DNA from: Chiloscyllium plagiosum
Taxonomy: Eukaryota
Assembly: GCF_004010195.1 (NCBI RefSeq)
Contig: NC_057719.1
Location: forward strand, 28,695,309-28,759,308
Reading direction: 5' to 3'
Length of the DNA: 64,000 nucleotides
The notes below the pieces were generated by a model. That model searched no databases, was not told the DNA's origin, and worked only from the letters and a program-made list of their open reading frames with translations. A program made the position numbers and the translations under genes. This document shows, in pieces, positions 60,171 to 64,000 of this stretch (position 1 is the stretch's first letter; each line of letters opens with the position of its first letter).

Positions 60171-61469
60171 TCTTGATATTATATAATGCCTTTAATGTAT
60201 TCACGAAAGATACCAAAAGATTCACAGGAAAATTACAAAATATGTCACCAAGCAGATCTTAGGTCAGATGTCTGAATGCAAAGGAGTAGGTTTCAAGAAG
60301 TGTCTTCATGGAGGAAAGCAAGGCAGAGAGAAGAAAGTAGGGAGACTTTCCAAAACTTGAACTCTAGGCACCTTGAAACATGGTCACCAATGATGGCACA
60401 ATTGTGATTGGGTAAGTGCAAGAGGCCAGAAGAAGAGTAGCACCAGTGTCTCAGAGGTATCAGAGGCAGGAGGAGATTAAGTTTTGGATAATTTCAAGTT
60501 TAGAAAGCATACAATGTGGGAGACTAGCAAAAAGGGCATTGAAATAGTAAAATCTAGAGGAAACAGCTCATCTTGAGTTTTTGATACTTCTTAATGACTT
60601 ATGGAAGGAGCTCATAGTCAGAAAATTATAGAACACATTGACACAAATTCTGTTATTGTGGTAAACTTAGGAGATCAGCCAAGCTTTTACTGTCTTGCCA
60701 TCTAAGCAATTGTCCATGTGAACATGGAATAACACACAAAGTTCTCAGCTGGATTGAAAATTACATTGGTAAAGTTTAGGAAAGAATAATTGTACATGGA
60801 ACTGCACTGACGAGGAGTTAATAATGGAACAGCACAAAAAAAGTGCTACAGTCACAGTTGAATAGATTACATAAATACATCCATATATATATATAAATTT
60901 GTACTTGGAAAGGAAACCAATTGAAGTGGATAGTGCAAATAATAGAGAAACTAAATGCAATTAATTTAATTAGTTTAGATAAATTAGAAATAGGAGCTGT
61001 TAAGTGGACAATTACAGGACTATGTAAAGAAAGGAAATAAACTGTGTGAGATTACAACGTAAATAGCTTTAGGCTAGTAGAAAAAGAGACAGGGTGTGGA
61101 AAATAGCTCAGTAAATCTAACAACATTATCTAAAAAGTTACAAGGAAAAGCTAACTGGATTGTGCCTATTTGCCTAGCCAGCAACATTCACATCCCATAA
61201 AATAATTATTTTAAGAAAGGTGCAATTACTTTACCATCAAGATTCTGCTACGTTGTTCAAAGTGTTTAAATCAATGTTGAGAATGTGGATATTATTAATT
61301 ATGAAGTCTTGTGCTTGCCAATGTTACAAAAAAGAACGGGAAATTCTCCAAACAAGCATACATTGTCAGCATTGGAAAAGAGAAACAAGTCAGGTACATA
61401 GTTTCTCTTCTACCTTTCATTAGATCAGGAAAATAAACAAACCTTTTACAAACGTGACAAATGACCATA

Positions 61470-64000
61470 CAAATTGGGAGTATGAAGAGGCATTCCGCCC
61501 CTGGAGTCTGCTCCAACATTCAGTAAGTCATGGCTGACCTGATTGTGGCCTCAGCTTTGACTCTTTGATTAGTCAGGAATCCATATAGCTCTGCCTTGAA
61601 AGTATAAAATAACTCTGCCTTGGTCACTCTCTGGGTTGGGAGGAAAGAGAGTTACAGAAATTCTCAACCCTCAGAAGGAATTTCTCATCGGTCTTACATG
61701 AAAGGCCCCTTATTTCTTCTAGTTTAGCCTCTACCACAAGGGCAAACATCCTTTCAGCATCCACCTGTCAACACTTCACAGGATCTTTTATGTCCCAATA
61801 ACATCACTTTTTATTCTTCTAAACTCTGATTGATACAGGCCTAATCTGTCCAACCTTGTTTCATAAAATAAATCCTAATTCTAGGTATCAGTTGAACTTC
61901 TTCTGAAATATTTAGATCCTTTCTTAAGTCAGGAAACCAAAACTATACAAGTTACAGGAATGATATTAAGTCGGTGTGGGTTCAGAACAGATTTACCACG
62001 ACGTTGCTGGGTATGGAAAGTTTGACTTATAGAAAAAGGCTGGGATTATTTTCACTGGAGCATAGGAGGTTGAGAGGCGACCTTATAGAAGGAGAGTATA
62101 AATAAGGTTAATGATAGTTGGCTTTTCCCTAGGATGGTAGATTTTAAGACTAAAGAGCACATTTTTAAGGTGAGACAATAGTGATTTAAAAAAAGATATG
62201 AGGGACATTTTTTTTTACACAGAGTAGTTTGCATGTGGAATTAACTTTGTGAGAAAGTGGTGGATGTGGACACAACTACAATGTCTTGACAATGTCCCGT
62301 ACAACTGTCAGATAACATTATACATTTATATTCCATTTCCACTACAATAAACAACAGTTTTTCATTTGCCTTCCAAATCACTTGATGTAGTAAATCCAAG
62401 AAACTCAAGTAACTGGACACCCAGATTCCTTTGTACCTCAGAGTTCTGTAATCTTTCCTGAAGAAAATAATGACTATTTTACTATTCTTCCTGCAACATC
62501 TAATTTTTCCCACACGCTTGAACAATATTTCAATATTCCTACTGGACATCTTATGTCCTCTTCATTTGGTTCCTTCATCTGAGTCATTAATGTAGATTTT
62601 AAATGATTGAGCCCCAGCACTGGTAAGCTTTGCACTCTGTTCATCACATTTTGCCAATGCAAAAGTGATGCATTTATGCCGACTTTCAATCTCATGTTAG
62701 CTAACCAATCTTCTAGCCTCGTTCTATTCATATACATAACAAACACTTAGTCTGAATAGCAACCTTTGATGTGACAATTTGTCAAATGGCGTCTTGAAAT
62801 TTAAATACAGCAGATCCATGTGTTCCCTTTTAACCATGTTGCTTGTTACTTTCTCAAAACTATTTCAATAAATTAGTCAACCATAATTTCCTTTTCACAA
62901 AGCCATGTTGATTCTGTCCAATTATACTGAGTTACTCTAAGTAGTCTGCCACATTCTAAATAAAGGATTCCAGCATTTTCCCCTGATTAATGTTAAGTTA
63001 ACTGACCTGTAGCTTCCAGAGTTCTGTTTCCACTCCTGTTCTCTCGAATACAGGAGTCATATTCTCTATTTTTTCAATCTGAAGGGACCTTTCCAGAATC
63101 TAGGGAATCTGTGAAAATTAAAACCAATACAACTACTATTTGAGGAGGCACTTCTTTTAAGACCCAAGGTTGAAGTTCATCAGGACCCAGGGAATTGTCT
63201 GCTTCTGGTTTCAAATAATTTTCTCAGTACATTTTCACTGATTAATGAAATGTTAAAAATTCATTCATGAAATGTACATGTTGCTTGCTGGCTCAGTATT
63301 TATTGCCAACCCTAGTTGCCCTTGAGATGGTGATGGAGAGTTGCCCTTTGAACCACTGCAGTCCATTCAGTTTAGGTACACCACACTGCCAAAAGGGAGG
63401 GAGCTCACTTAAACAACTTCATTTATTTTAAGTTTCACCCTTCCTTTTACATCCTGATACATACTTTTTTCTGGGAGATTATTTGTATTCTCTATAGTGA
63501 CAGTGAAGCAAAATATCTATTCAATTTATTGCCATTTCCTTATCTTCCATTATTGATTCACCAGATTCACTCTCTCTAGAGGACCAACACACACTTTACT
63601 TTTCATTATCTTTTTAAATACCTGTAGAAACCCTTACCAACTGATTTTATATTTCTAGCTAACTTTCTATGTATTCTATTTCTCCTTCCTTATTAACCTT
63701 TTGCTCTTTCTTTGCTTTTTCTTTATCTTCTGCCCAATTTTCTGACTTGCCACTCATCTTTGTAGAATTATCATTTTGCTTCAATTCAATATCATCTTTA
63801 ACTTACTTAGTAGCCATACTGGTGTAACCATCCCTTACAGTCTTTCTTTACACCAGAATGTAACTTCTCTGATTATTCTGAAATATCTCCTGCCACTGCA
63901 ACTCTACTGACCAATCCCTAATCTAATTTCCTAATTTCTTTTTACAGCTCTGTTTTTATGCCCTCATAATTGCCTCTATTTATGTTTTAAACACTAATGT
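61470..64000 (-). mobile_element. Old CR1 LINE remnant with nested fragments (plus-strand CR1 at about 61965-62285; old LINE tail at about 63285-63405)
   Basis: CR1 tail at 61470-61620, ttcacaaagccatgttga (reverse complement of QHGFVK), and caggaccc…ttgtc (reverse complement resembling DKSPGPD). Confidence 0.75.

Noticed and set aside
47690..64000. Search for MNAT1 exon 4 (…NKxKL)
   Set aside because: No matching minus-strand exon was found by eye; it is probably beyond the window end.
1..64000. Prokaryote-type systems (operons, CRISPR, defence islands) or endogenous viral genes
   Set aside because: The sequence is vertebrate intronic DNA, and every long ORF I could recognise maps to LINE, Penelope or MNAT1 sequence.

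Overview
AT-rich, repeat-dense vertebrate genomic DNA. The HE1/V-SINE, Deu-domain SINE and CR1/HER1-like repeats point to a cartilaginous fish, most likely a shark (inferred). The whole window lies inside one minus-strand gene, MNAT1 (CDK7-cyclin H assembly factor MAT1). Three coding exons are present with canonical GT-AG sites: 47549-47689 (141 nt), 42924-43049 (126 nt) and 2405-2526 (122 nt), matching human exons 5, 6 and 7. The rest is intron, filled with decayed CR1, L2, RTE and Rex1/Babar LINEs, tRNA-derived SINEs, a Tigger-like MITE, a Penelope GIY-YIG fragment and two assembly gaps. Almost all long ORFs in the supplied track are transposon debris. The most notable signal is a set of minimal hammerhead-ribozyme motifs (CUGANGA-helix II-GAAA-palindromic mini helix III-UH). 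They occur in four sequence families with co-varying helix II stems, carried by the Penelope element and by short non-coding insertions, several with target-site duplications. One of these is a near-perfect palindrome with two cores placed back to back. Several odd local duplications and repeat-free candidate enhancer blocks are also noted. Transposon boundaries are approximate unless a TSD or TIR is cited, and all family assignments are by recognition, not database search.
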